A program made the translations under genes and the position numbers. Below the pieces are notes generated by a model that saw only the letters and a program-made list of their open reading frames with translations, was not told the DNA's origin and did not search any database. A stretch of DNA of 64,000 bases from the human T2T-CHM13v2.0 reference genome, Homo sapiens, in NCBI RefSeq assembly GCF_009914755.1, contig NC_060937.1; one strand, given 5' to 3'. Each line of letters begins with the position of its first letter. The stretch's first letter is position 1. Below, piece by piece: positions 46,452-58,960 of the stretch.

Positions 46452-48346
46452 TCTTCTTGCTTTTAACATGCGCATAGAAAGTTCCAACTGGGAAGGGTTT
46501 AAAGTTCATGAAACATTTAACTCATTTTCTGGATGAGGAATCTGAGAAATAGAGCTTTGAAAACTTACCTCATTTAAACCTTATGTTTATAACTCTGTGA
46601 TTTATATATCAATTTACAAAGATCTCTGAGGGTCAAGGAATTTACTTTCCCCAAGTCACCCAACTAATAAGTGCCAGAGGCAGTATTTAAAAAAAATATA
46701 TATAAAATATATAATAAAACTAAACAATATATATTCAAATATATATATTGTTTCCCCCTCTAGAGCTCTTCTTTCCCCTGAGTTATGTTCTTCTATCATT
46801 TTACATGGTTAGAAAAGAAGTAATATCCCAAATCCTAATTAATCAGTGAACTTATCACTGTGACGTTGTTTTACTTATCTTGTATATGAAAACAACACAG
46901 TAATTTCTTCCCGTCTTATGCTCTTCTCTTTTCTCTTTCTATTATATACTAAGCCTCAAATTTATTATATAGGTGAATAAAACTAAGCATTCTAAGAAAA
47001 TAATCAAGACCAATTCAGCTCCTGCATAATGTGTCTGTATATTCAACAAATGCTTATTAAACATCTACTCTATGCCAGGAATGCTGCTAGGATCTAGGTA
47101 GTAGAGAAGAAGGCATACTAACCCTTGAAGTTAATCATATAATTAGGTGATTGCATTCCCCTAGATTGTTACAATTAACAATATAGAATGCTACGTGCTC
47201 TGATAAAAGAGCAACTGGAGCCCATAGAAGGAGTATCTATGGAGTATCCAGTCTTGAGAGAGAAGGAAAGGCTTCTAGGATAAAGATTCTTAACCTCCGT
47301 GTATTAAGTTACTAAGCTGTCAGAAATTAACACTATCTTCCCTTGCTCTTTAAAGCATATAGATATTAGTTAATGTTAAACATTTCCATTTTTGTTAAGG
47401 GAAAATATACAAGAGCTAAGACGTCTGATTTTATATAAAGATCCCATTCTTTTTTGACTTAGTAATTTCTAGCCAGAGTAAATGGAGTTCTATATACATT
47501 TATTGGGAGAAAACAACCTCAAATATAGAGGTATTTGAATACAGATACTTAGTACAGGTACCTAAAGCCTGTAATAGTTTATGTAATTATTTAGTTTGTA
47601 CACTTGAAATGTCTGCCAACTTCTGATAGAAACTGAGTCATTCTGATATTTCCATGATACCAAAATATGGCCAGGAACCAGTGGATTAAATATTTGATCT
47701 CTGTAATCATTTCTGGTGGGCCCATGGCAGGTTAATGCCATATAATATTTAATAGAGAATAAACACATTATTTTAAAGGAATGTAGAACTTAACATTAAA
47801 GGTTAAAAACCTAATATTAATGAGTACAAAGAAAAGACAAAAATCTGTATTCTGAATGAGCCAAACCGATTTCATATGATAGAATTCAGATGACATAGGC
47901 TGACTACAATATGAAACTCAAACATTCATTCTTATTTTTGAAATTCTACACGTTGTCAGTGTTGACATAAGGAGGTCACTGGCTAGCTGATATTTTGAGG
48001 TGAATGTGCCAAAATTCAAGGTCCAGAATTAATGAAACGATAGTACACTGCAGATGATGATACAGAAATGATAAAGCAGGCATGAGAGAGCTTCAACTTC
48101 AGTGAGAGTCAAACCATTTTTTAAAAAGAAACTATCAGTGTGAAGCATAGGTCGTCATCTTAAGGCAAACAAAAAATTTCAAACACTTGCTAAAAGTATA
48201 GCACATAGTTTCTGACACTGAGTAGTGGATAAGCAAAAAAGGTGCAAAATAAAACTTGCATCATGAAAAACTTTCTGGAAATTTCTCCATTTACAAAACA
48301 AAAACATTTAATAATTCAAACAAAGATTACCGAAAGATTCACTTTA

Positions 48347-48674
<328 letters not shown>

Positions 48675-49409
48675 TAGTAGTACCAAAGGATAATTTTTGG
48701 ACCTCATGCTATCTTGATGTGAACTCATAGCACTTATTATCATGTGGTTTGGGTATGTTTACATTACTTTATTTCTTTTTCAAGACCCTGTAAAAATTAG
48801 TCTATATTACTATGTCTGTCTTAGAGTAAAACAAACAAACCATAGAAATGTAAGAAAGCTGTCCAAGTTCAAATAGATAAATGACAGACTCTGCTGTATT
48901 CAATGCCACTTGTTGGCCAGTCTGAGGGCACCATAGTGGCCTGAAAATGCACTGGAATCTGGAATGTCTTCTGAGTTGTTTTTGAATGTGCCAAATTTCT
49001 TAAAGGCAAGGAACCATCAGTGCCTTCATCCATGTACTCTATTTTCTTTTCCTTTCTTGTTCTATTATAGCAGATTTTTAGAAGATATTTTGTTCTATCA
49101 TTGTTTAGCAGAGTCTGTTTATTTTTTATCCTCTGTGGAATATAATTGAGAGAAGGTATAAAATGTACATTCTCTTTCAAATGAAGCTACAACTACTTTA
49201 TGTCTGAGAACAGAGAAATCAATTTTGCCTGTTGTAGCACAGTCAAAACCCAAAAATAAGAACTGCAGTTACAAATTGCAGTACTCATTACAATATAGTC
49301 ACATGGACTAATAAAGAATGCATTCACTTTACTCTTTCTTTCAAAATAAAGGGTAATTAAATCAATCTGGAAGTATAAAAGTAACACATGTTCATTGTCA
49401 AAAACGAAT

Positions 49410-49524
49410 ACAAGATGTTAATAATGGTGGAAAATGAGAGGGAGTGAAGGGATATATGGGAACCATATGCACTTTCTATTCATTTGTCTCTAAATCTAAA
49501 ACTGCTAAAAAGAAAAAAAAAAAA
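49410..49524 (+). mobile_element. Old L1 (L1MC/MD-type) 3' end with A-tail
   Basis: aagatgttaataat...gtgaagggatatatgggaac...taaatctaaaactgctaaaaa, then an A-run. Confidence 0.65.
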
Positions 49525-50114
49525 CCCAGAGGTCTATTCACTTAATTTCAAAAAGTCATTTGCAACCTTACCACTTGAGAGTAACCATTGTTAACATTTG
49601 AGAGCACGACCCTGCAGTCATTTTTTTTCTATGAGAGTTGACTATTTCTATAATGTAGCCCTTAACTGTCTCTCAGTGAACACCTTCACAAAGACAGCAG
49701 CAGTTCCAATCCAGTGTGTTAATGGGATTTGACATGTGTACTTTTATATTATGATATACATATATTATATTCCATATACATACTAATATACTATATACTT
49801 TATATACTTTTTCATAATACTTGTGAAGATTTATTAATATGCATATTGTACATATATTATAAAAGTATACATACTTTTTAAATTGTGTATGTATACAATC
49901 ATATATATATAATTTCTATGAAAATACTGGATTTTAAAAAGAATTCTCAAAATATTTGTTTCTAACTTCGTTTATTCTGATTCTACTGCAATGGCCATCT
50001 CTCTGCCTTAGCAGTACTTCGTGTTGCTCTTTTATCATCTCAATTTAGCCTTTTGTTTTTCTCTGGTGTAAGTGATGCTCCCACTCCTGGCTAACCTGAG
50101 CAGTTTTCTCTTAG

Positions 50115-50355
50115 GCAGTAATGTGTAGTGGTTACGAGCCTGGGCGGGCTCTGACATGGAGTTTCTGGGTTGAAACCCCAGCATCACCACCTACCAACCT
50201 AACTTTCAGCTGCTCACTTAACATACGTGTGCCTCAGAGGTAAAGTGAGTCATAATAATTCTTACCTCAAAGGTTGTTGCAAGGATAAAACTAGCCAATC
50301 ATGTGAAGTGTTTAGAATAGAGCTTAGCAAATAATGAGAACTCCATGCCTACTAG
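50115..50355 (+). mobile_element. MIR
   Basis: gtgtagtggttacgagc...ctgggttgaaaccccagc...gtgcctcag...acctcaaaggttgttgcaaggataaaa. Confidence 0.75.
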
Positions 50356-50918
50356 CTAAGAATTTTTAAGGGTAGTCTACAAATGCCACTTTTAGGAATT
50401 TTGCACTTAAAGCTCTATGCTTACTTGAAGCAGCCTGCATAGACACTTCCATTGTATTTATAACGTGAAGTTGAAAAGGAATGTTAACAGAAAAATCTAT
50501 CAGGGAAGCCTTTCTTTGTCTCTGTGATACCCTTTTCCAGTTTTTCCCACAGCCTACATATTTCTGTTAGAAGTTAGGTCAACAGAAGACCTAAACTTGA
50601 TACTGGGCCTATTTACTCTGTCAGATTGACTGTAGGAGTGAATTCCAGAGCGAAGGGCACAGCCCAGACACTCGGTTTTCTTTTTTATTCCTAATTCAAA
50701 CTTACTGGCACTGGCAAGAAGTCCTGGCTTGTTTAATCAAACCTGCATGTGTCATAAGGCCTAGGAAGAATCAAAACTCAGGTGCTTGAGCTTTAAATCT
50801 TTAAAAAGATTATTAAATTAAAATCCCATACATGGACCACTTCTGAATAACTTATTTGAAAAGAAAACCCTGGCCAGTATAGATTAGAAGTATAGAATGA
50901 ATTATGAATAATCAACCC

Positions 50919-51306
50919 TGTCTTAGTCAGCTCAGGCTGCTATAACAAAATGCCACAGACTGGGGTGGCTTAAACAACAGACATTTCTTTCTCACAGTTC
51001 TGGAGGCTGGAGAATCCAAGACTGGGGTGCCAGTAGATTTGGTTCCCGGTGAGGGGCCTCTTTCTGGCTTGGAAATGGCTACCTTCTCTCTGAGTCTTCA
51101 AAAGACGTTTCCTTGGTGCATGCTCATGGAGAGAAAAATACCTCTGTCTTCTTCTTCTTATAAGGACACTAATCCCATCCTGAGGGCCCCACCCTCATGA
51201 CCTCACCAAAGTACCTCCCAAAGGCTGCATCTCCTAATACCACTGCCTTGGGGATTAGGGCTTCAACATATAATACAGGACGAACACAAACATTCAGCCC
51301 ATAACA
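50919..51306 (-). mobile_element. MLT1 (MLT1A-like) MaLR solo LTR, complete
   Basis: TG...CA termini (tgtcttagtcagctcaggctgctataacaaaa ... cattcagcccataaca). Perfect 5-bp TSD aaccc at 50914-50918 and 51307-51311. Confidence 0.92.
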
Positions 51307-51315
51307 AACCCTAAA

Positions 51316-51535
51316 GGATGAGAATAGATGGACACATAGCGGGAAACAACACACACTGGGCATTTCAGAAGGTGGAGGGTGGGCGGAGGAAGAAGATCAG
51401 GAAAAATAACCAATGAGTACTAGGCTTAACACCTGGGTGATGAAATAATCTGTGCAGCAAGCCATCGTGGCACACATTTATCTATGTAGCAAACCTGTAC
51501 TTGTACCCTGAACTTAAAAAAAAAGTTAACAAAAA
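51316..51535 (+). mobile_element. L1PA (older primate subfamily) 3' end
   Basis: ggacacatag...gggtgatgaaataatctgt...gtaccctgaactt, then an A-tail. Confidence 0.88.
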
Positions 51536-51827
51536 CTCTAATAAATCAAACTTTCTGTAATATTTCATACTAATGCCACAGAGTCCATGACCTGAAGACT
51601 GCCAAAATCTAGGTGATACCGGAGCACATTTCCATAAGTTAATGAAAACAAACTCACTAAAACTAATTGAATATTTGACTTGAATTTTCAGTGATACTTG
51701 GTGTATTATTTGTACTCAAGTCTTATGATAATTTCTACATTGAAATTTTATATTTGGTGAAAACCTTACTTCATAATAATAGGTGTAATTCTTGCTTTTA
51801 CTAAAACTCATCTTAAAAATAAACCGG

Positions 51828-52148
51828 CATTCTCAGCAAACTAACACAGGAACAGAAAACCAGACACTGCATGTTCTCACTCATAAGTGGGAGTTAGACA
51901 ATGAGAACACAGGGACACAGGGAGGGGAACAACACACACTGGGGCTTGTCGGGGGGTGGAGGGAAAGGGGAGGGAGAGCATTAGGACAAATACCTAATGC
52001 ATGCAGGGCTTAAAACCTAGATGACAGGTTGATAGGTGCAGCAAACCACCATCGCCCATGTATACCTATGTAACAAACCTACACGTTCTGCACTTGTATC
52101 CCAGAACTTGAAATAAATTTTTTAAAAAAAGAATATTAAAAAAAAAAA
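51828..52148 (+). mobile_element. L1PA (about L1PA8-10-like) 3' end
   Basis: cattctcagcaaactaacacaggaacagaaaacc...G-rich tract...gtatcccagaactt, then an A-tail. Confidence 0.92.
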
Positions 52149-52241
52149 GTACTCACTTGGGCAGGTCATATACTGAAATTGGAGTTAGCACGGCCCCTGT
52201 GCAAGGATGCCAAGCAAATCTGTGAAGCGTTTCGTATTTTT
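52149..52241 (+). pseudogene. U6 snRNA retropseudogene with a net 14-nt internal deletion
   Basis: GTACTCACTTGGGCAGGTCATATACTGAAATTGGA-G-TTAGCACGGCCCCTGTGCAAGGATG...GTGAAGCGTTTCGTATTTTT aligns end to end with U6, about 14 substitutions by manual count. ACGATACAGAGAAGA is replaced by a single G. Upstream is an L1 A-tail, not a PSE/TATA promoter. Confidence 0.93.
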
Positions 52242-52329
52242 GCTGCCTGAGTGATGGTGAGGATGTCCCTAGCCACCAAGATTGCTGATACACAAGTAAA
52301 AAAATAAAAAGTAAAAACCAGCAAAGACA

Positions 52330-54335
52330 TTTCTCTCCATGTCACTTGTTTCCATTTAAAGCAAAACTTCTTGAAATAAATGCCTATGCCCGGTGTCACC
52401 TGCTCCTCTCCTCACACACTCTCTTAAACCTACTTATTCAGGCTTTATTCACCCTCTACTTCACTGGAACAGTTCTGGTGAAAATAGCCAACTTTTGGTG
52501 ACATCCATTTGCTAAATCTGATGATCACCTCTCAGTTCTTCACTCATGTGACATGTTAGCAGCTTTTGAAACAACTGATCACTCCCTTTTCCTTGATATG
52601 CTTTTTGTAACTGGCCTCCGGGGCCCACACTCCTCTGGTTGTCTTCATCCCTAGGACTTTTTCTCAGCCTCATTTGCTCGGTTTTCTTTATCTCCCTGAC
52701 TTCTAAGTGCCCCATGGTGAATCCCTAGATCCATTCTCTTCTTTATCTATAATCCTCCCCTGTGTGATTTTATTTTGACTCGTGGCTCTACATACCATCA
52801 ACATGTTCAGTTTAGATTTCCATTCGGACCTCTCCACTGACATCCATGATTCTATACCCAAATGGCTAATTTGACATGTCAGCTTGGATATTTAAAAGGA
52901 ACCTCAATTTTAATATGTTTAAAATGGAACTGTGGATTTCCACTCCTAAATCTGATTCTCCTGAAGTCTTCCTCACCTGTATACCTAGCAATTTCATCTT
53001 TCCAGTTGGTCAAGACAGCAAAACTTGGAGTCATCCTTTATTCTTCTGTTTCTTGCGCATACCACACCTGGTCCATCAGAAAACTCAAATAGCTCTACCT
53101 TTATATTCCGGCATGCAGCCCTGTCATTCCACCTCCACTGCCACTGCCTGGTCCAAGCTTCTATGATCGCTTGCCTGCATGGTTGCAAAATCTCCTGATC
53201 AGGCTCTTTACTTCAACTCTTAGACCTGGTGTCTCTTTATCTTACAGCAGTCACAACTTATGTTCTTAAAGTATGTCAGATTATGGAAACCTTCCCCCCA
53301 TCTCCAAAGCCTTCTAATGATTTCATATTGAGAGATTGAATGTAAAAAGCCAGTAGCCAGACCACACATTAAAATACAACTCTGCAGCACAACCTACAGC
53401 AACCGGAAAGCCAAAGACAACTTTTTTGGCAATCAGCCTCCAGTGGTCAGGATCTGATGATGGCTTTCCTAATTTTTGTCTCCACTTTGAATTTTGGAAC
53501 AACCAGACAGAACCATATATGCACCTCTAACCATAGGATACCCCACTTCTAGTTAATCCACTAGAGCTTCCCCATGCCAACAGCCTCCAATGAGGTCACA
53601 CCTGAAGCCTTCCCTTTTTTCCACTATTAGGCATTCCTGCTTCTCTGCCTGTCTTTGAGTCTTTATCAAAACACAGGTGATAGTGGCTGATTCCATTGCT
53701 AAAGCAAGCTCTGAATAAACAGCACTTGCTTGTTCTCATCCCATCTGGTCTTTGTTTATTTCTATATCTTACTCTGAGTAAAAACCAAAGGTCTTCCAAT
53801 AGTCCTGAAGGGCTCATGTGACCTGCCCACCACCCACCCCTTCACCACCTCTCTAGCCCTCATATCTTAGGCTCTCCTTCTTGTCCAATTTGCTTCAAGC
53901 ACAGTGGCCTCCTGGCTATTCCTTGTACACACTTGGCACAACCTGCCCCAAGGCCTTTTTCACTTGTCCATCCATTTACCTGGAATTCTCTTAAGTTGTT
54001 CATAAGGGGCATTTTATTACTACCTTCCAATCTCAGCTCAAATGAGATTCTAATTCTACCAGAGACTTTTTTTTTCGACTTTCCTGTGTATCTTAGGCCC
54101 CTCTACTCACACCCTGTCCAGCCACAGCTTTCCCTGTCACCCTCAGCATATTTTATTTTATCCATATGTCCCTAATATACTACTTATTTTCTTGTATACA
54201 TATTTTCTTCCTCCTCCCCACCCCTCAACTATAATAAAAACCCTATGAGGCCAAGGATTTTGTTACTTCTGTATCCCCTGCACAGTATCTGGCAAGTCGA
54301 TGTCACCCAATCCATATTTGATAAATAAATAATTA
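52330..54335 (+). mobile_element. L2, long 3' portion, interrupted by an LTR
   Basis: Pyrimidine-rich L2 motifs (gatcactccctttt, aaaacttggagtcatcctt, ctctgagtaaaaaccaaag), ending tttgataaataaataa. Confidence 0.8.
53329..53766 (+). mobile_element. ERV solo LTR (family not assigned), nested in L2
   Basis: Begins TG and contains ccaat-like and tata-like boxes plus AATAAA at 53714-53719. L2 sequence resumes directly afterwards. Confidence 0.7.
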
Positions 54336-54391
54336 GTTACAAAATCTTATATTCACAGATTTCTTAAAATGGGGGCTTTTTAAAAATTAGT

Positions 54392-54870
54392 ATGTCAGTC
54401 ATAACTCCAGGAGAAAACAAATAGCACACTGAAAATGAGTAATTTAAAAAGAATTGAATCACGTGACTATTTTAGAAAGGAGGGGGCAAAGATCTGTTAA
54501 TACCTAGGCATGGTAAAATGCTTCGAGGCTAATGAGAGCAGCCCCATCACCACCTCTAGGCACAGGACAGGAGAGGCTAGCTGAGCCCAGAGAGTGAGCT
54601 AGGCCCTAGGCCTTCCACAGGCACTCTAACCTTTTGTGGAGGGTGTGCAGCCAGCTCTGGAAACCCTGAGGGAAACCAAGGGAATAAACGCCTGGCCCAC
54701 TCTGCTTTTGCCCTCCAAGTTCCTTCCTGTATTCCCCATTGGCCGACCCAACCAGGAGCCAGAATGTAAGGGAAACATTAGGCGTGGTTCCCATTTGTCA
54801 GCTCCTGGGGCACAGCGCAGGGTGAAGCAGGGTGGAGCATGGACCTCCAAGGCTGTATCTGCTGTTCCAG
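54392..54870 (-). mobile_element. Old ERVL-type LTR (LTR33-like)
   Basis: tgtcagtc...aaacaaatagcacactgaaaatgagtaatt...gactatttt resembles ERVL LTR ends. Heavily diverged. Confidence 0.4.
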
Positions 54871-55294
54871 CAGTCTTTTATAATTTTTAAGTCATAAGGT
54901 TAACTGTTTTAAAAATAATCATGAAGTGTTTTCTGTGTGGGTGTGAGACTGTCTGTGAAACAAACTCCCAGTCAAATCCCAGAGTATCTGTTTGGGGTTT
55001 ACAATGTCAAACCATTGTACTAAATGGTTGTTATTGTTTTACATGATAACTGCATTTTTTTTTAACAATTTACTTTTGCCATTTTTATTATTTAGCATGC
55101 CCTTTGACTGTGTTAAAAAAGAATCATTGGTAATATTGTATATGTTATTCTGTCAGGAGTGAAAGGGAGCCACGGAAATATTCCTTATAGCTGATAAATA
55201 GATTTATCAATTCTAAGGGAACAGCTATTTTTTAAAATGTTGAACAATGTATTATTGTAACTTTAATCATGAATTGTCCAAAAAGAACTCACTT

Positions 55295-55455
55295 TGGATG
55301 AAAAGAACAGCAGAACAGACATTTCAAGATCTGAGTTCTAATCCTGACTTGGCCAGCCATTGACAAATAGGTTCAACTATGCGAGCCTGAGTTTCCTCAT
55401 CTGCAAAGTGGGAGATGGGACAAGATGACTTTTGAGGTCATTTCCACCTCTCAAG
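55295..55455 (+). mobile_element. MIR
   Basis: agatctgagttctaatcctgacttggcca...gagcctgagtttcctcatctgcaaagtggg. Confidence 0.7.
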
Positions 55456-55794
55456 TGGTGCTCCATTGGAAGGTGTTAATGTGTGCCAAGAGAACAAAGT
55501 TAGATTTATAAAAACTGTGTCAGCATGACTTATTTATTTAGAAGAAAGCAATTACTAGAGATATAAGCCATGTTGGGTTTTGTTTTTAGATTTCAGAATT
55601 CACTGGCCCAGAGCCTATTCCCTTTATACCCACTTCTTTTCCCCTCTCCTTCCTCCTTTTCCTCCCACTATGTTATTCTAAAGAATATTCAAGGGGGAAA
55701 AATCAATCATTAGAGAAATTTTAATTCTGTATGATTGTTTCAGAGGTAAGAAGCTCAGACAAAAATAATGCTTGCAATTGTGTTTTCTCTCTAG

Positions 55795-55920
55795 AGCCAA
55801 CTGTGTTTATTCCCCAGTCCAAATACTCCGTTGAAGAAGATGTTGGTGAGCTGTTCATTCCCATCAGGAGGAGCGGAGATGTGAGCCAGGAGTTGATGGT
55901 GGTCTGTTATACCCAACAAG
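55795..55920 (+). CDS. FREM2: FREM2 internal coding exon (probably exon 5), N-terminal half of second Calx-beta repeat
   Basis: Acceptor ttctctctag|AG, donor CAAG|gtagct, 126 nt, phase 1-1. (E)[41 protein letters not shown](G). Confidence 0.95.
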
Positions 55921-56534
55921 GTAGCTCGATTTGCCGAAAAACTAAGATAACCCCCAAAAGATATAAATAAGCCTTTTTAACATATTGGAGCCATAACATT
56001 TTACCATGAGGGGTATACTTTATTAATTTTCCATAGATACAGAAAAGGATTTATTTAGAAGTCTTTCTTCAGGATTTCACCTTTGACGAGTCCTCTTTCT
56101 GATTTCACTTGGTCACTTACTGCAATACTCAAGGCTTTTTGGATTGTAAGGAACTAAAGCCCAACCCAGCCTGCTCAAGTAGAAATGGGTTACTATATAA
56201 AAAAAAAAAAAAAAGAGGCAAAGTGATGCGTGCCCAAGGAAAAGAAACTAATTTAAAACCAGTTTGCAACTCATTTCAAAGAAATATCAAAATGTTTGTT
56301 TTGCTCATGAGCAAATATCCTATGGAAGGTGATTTTATATAATAAAAAATTAAAATTAATACATAATATTCACTAATATACTAAACACCTTTCTAGGAAA
56401 TAAGTAGATTTTCTAAAAATGCAAAATCAAAAGTTATATATGCTGATATCAGAGTAGACTTTTGTTAAAATTTTCATTCGTAGGTATATGATTTGAAAGG
56501 CAGTACAGAAGAGTGATTAAAAGCCGACTTCAGA

Positions 56535-56827
56535 GGCCGGGCTCAGTGGCTCATGCCTGTAATCCCAGCACTTTGGGAGGCCGAGGCGGGTGGATCACGA
56601 GATCAGGAGTTCACGACCAGTCTGATCAACATGGTGAAACCCTGCCTCTACTAAAAATACAAAAATTAACTGGGCATGGTGGCGCGCACGCGCCTGTAAT
56701 CTCAGCTACTCAGGAGGCTGAGGCAGAAGAGTTGCTTGAACCCAGGAGGCGGAGGTTGCAGCGAGCCAAGATCACGCCATTGCATTCCGGCCTGGGCAAC
56801 AGAGCGAAACTCAGTCTCAAAAAAAAA
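56535..56827 (+). mobile_element. Alu (AluS-like), sense, in the short intron between the last two exons
   Basis: TSD aaaagc(c/t)gacttcag at 56519-56533 and 56824-56838. Confidence 0.96.
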
Positions 56828-57276
56828 GCTGACTTCAGGACCAGCCTTGGACTCCGGGGTCCAGACCAAGTGGTTCAACTTCTGAAAACCTCAGTTACCA
56901 AATGTGTAAAGCCAGGTGGAGTGGTTGAGAGGATTAAGGAGACAAGTATTTGAAGCACTTGGCACTTTGCCTGTGCATAGTAAGCTTTAGAATAGTAGGG
57001 GCTATTAATTTGTAACATTGTGTTGATCTAAAGTCCATTGACAGGAAAGTCAGGAGTGAACACTTGAAATGTAATATTCCTTATAGGTGTATAGGTTTGA
57101 GGTCACTCTCAAGTTGACTCATGATACTAGAACAGTACGTAGTTGCTATTGCAGTTCTAGGGGTGTTCATGTCTACTAACTGACCATTAAAATGCTGTGT
57201 ATGAAAATAATTGTGTCTGGAAATATCTTTGTCTTATGTTCTACATAAAAATCTTTTGAATTCTCTCTGCTTCCAG

Positions 57277-57528
57277 GAACAGCAACTGGAACTGTGCCGA
57301 CTTCCGTGTTGTCTTACTCTGATTACATATCCAGGCCTGAGGACCACACCAGTGTTGTCCGCTTTGACAAAGATGAACGGGAGAAACTGTGTCGGATAGT
57401 CATAATTGATGACTCTTTGTACGAGGAGGAGGAAACCTTCCATGTCCTTCTGAGCATGCCCATGGGGGGAAGAATCGGATCAGAGTTCCCAGGGGCTCAA
57501 GTTACAATCGTTCCTGACAAAGATGATG
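57277..57528 (+). CDS. FREM2: FREM2 internal coding exon (probably exon 6), C-terminal half of second Calx-beta repeat
   Basis: Acceptor tgcttccag|GA, donor GATG|gtgagt, 252 nt, phase 1-1. (G)[83 protein letters not shown]. Confidence 0.96.
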
Positions 57529-58639
57529 GTGAGTACTAATTTACTTGAAAATTCTTTTTCCCGGGAAGATCAACATCAGGAACAACTTTCTAGACAGAAA
57601 AAATGGGAATCTAAAACAATGATAATATACACATTTATTTTATGTTTGGTTTTTTCATATGATTAGGTTTCAAAGTTGGCTGCATCTGTCGGTTTGTCTT
57701 CCTTGATTTAATGTTTTTAAAGGGCAAAAGTCACAATTATGTGAGTTTTTTCCGCTGCGCCGTTTCTTTCACCAAGCCCTGTACCATCAGGTGATTAAAC
57801 TTTTGACATTTCATGGTGAAGAATTGAAATCTAATTTATTTCCTTCTTGGTTTTTTGTTTTGTTTTGCTTTTAAAAGCTTATATTTTGTAACTTTAATCT
57901 CAGTGTTTGAAACTGTTTTTTCAAAGAAACCTGTCGGGCAAGGCTGTTAAATGAATAACTAGTAAACATAGGGAAAATTAAGTCCAACAAGCCACTCTGC
58001 CCCAAAACAGGAGGGAGAGAATATCCTAGATCATTCTTCCCCAGAGAAACTAAATTGCCATGAAGTAGAAATAGAGAAGGGAGCAAAAGGATCTTAATCT
58101 CCCCAGTTCAAGAAACAGTTTGTATTTTTTTGTGTGGATACAGAGAGCAAACGGAAATATTGTGAATACTCTTGTAAGTAAAGCAGAGAGCAGTAAACTG
58201 AGAGATGGGACACCCTAACCCTGGGCTGGTTTTCTTTCCCCCTTGAAATTTTCCTCCTGGTAGATGAAAGAGGAAGAAACTGGGGGATAAGTCTTTCGGT
58301 TTGGAAAGAAGCTGGAAGACAGTCAAAAGACCAAACTGAGGAAGCTGAAAATAATCTACCAGGAAAGGTCTTTGATAGTTAAATGGCAAAGCATGTGAGA
58401 GGTGAAGGTGATAATGTGTCTTGTGAGGTTATACTCTGTGCCAGGCATGGTACTGGCTCCTCTGTACATTCTTTTAAAAAGACCTTTGCATAGGTTTATT
58501 GGATCTTTGTATTTCTTTGAATTGTCTATATACAAATTGATTTTCTTACTGATTTATAGTAGCTGTGAGAATAATAGGTATTTTACCTTTTACTGTATGT
58601 TGTTAAAATTTCTTCTAGTTTCTGCCATTTGTTTTTGGT

Positions 58640-58960
58640 TTATTTTGTTTTTCAAATTGACAAATAATTATGCATATTCATAGGGTACATAATGATGTTT
58701 AGACACATATAAAATATAGTGGTCAGATCAGCATAATTAGCATGTCCATCATGTCAAACATGTATCATTTCTTTGTGTTGGGAATTATCAACATCCTTGT
58801 AGCTAGCTGAAGCTACGTAATGTATTATTGTTAACTAGAGTCACCCTACAGTGGTATAGAAAACCAGAGCTTGCTCCTCTTATCTAGCTGTAATTTTGTG
58901 TCCTTTAACTAATCTTCCCCCATATCCCCCATCTTTCCTCCCTTCCCAGCTTCTGCTACC
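58640..58960 (-). mobile_element. L1MA-type 3' end
   Basis: atagggtacataatgatgttt...tcatttctttgtgttgggaa...ctcctcttatctagctgtaattttgtgtcc. Confidence 0.8.

Noticed and set aside
46722-46753. 13-bp perfect inverted repeat
   Set aside because: Mostly self-complementary (TA)n low-complexity sequence.
51940-51976. G-quadruplex-capable tract
   Set aside because: Standard G-rich tract of the L1 3' UTR.
52250-52290. GTGATGG...CTGA resembling C/D-box snoRNA boxes
   Set aside because: Imperfect C box, too short (about 40 nt), and no terminal stem.
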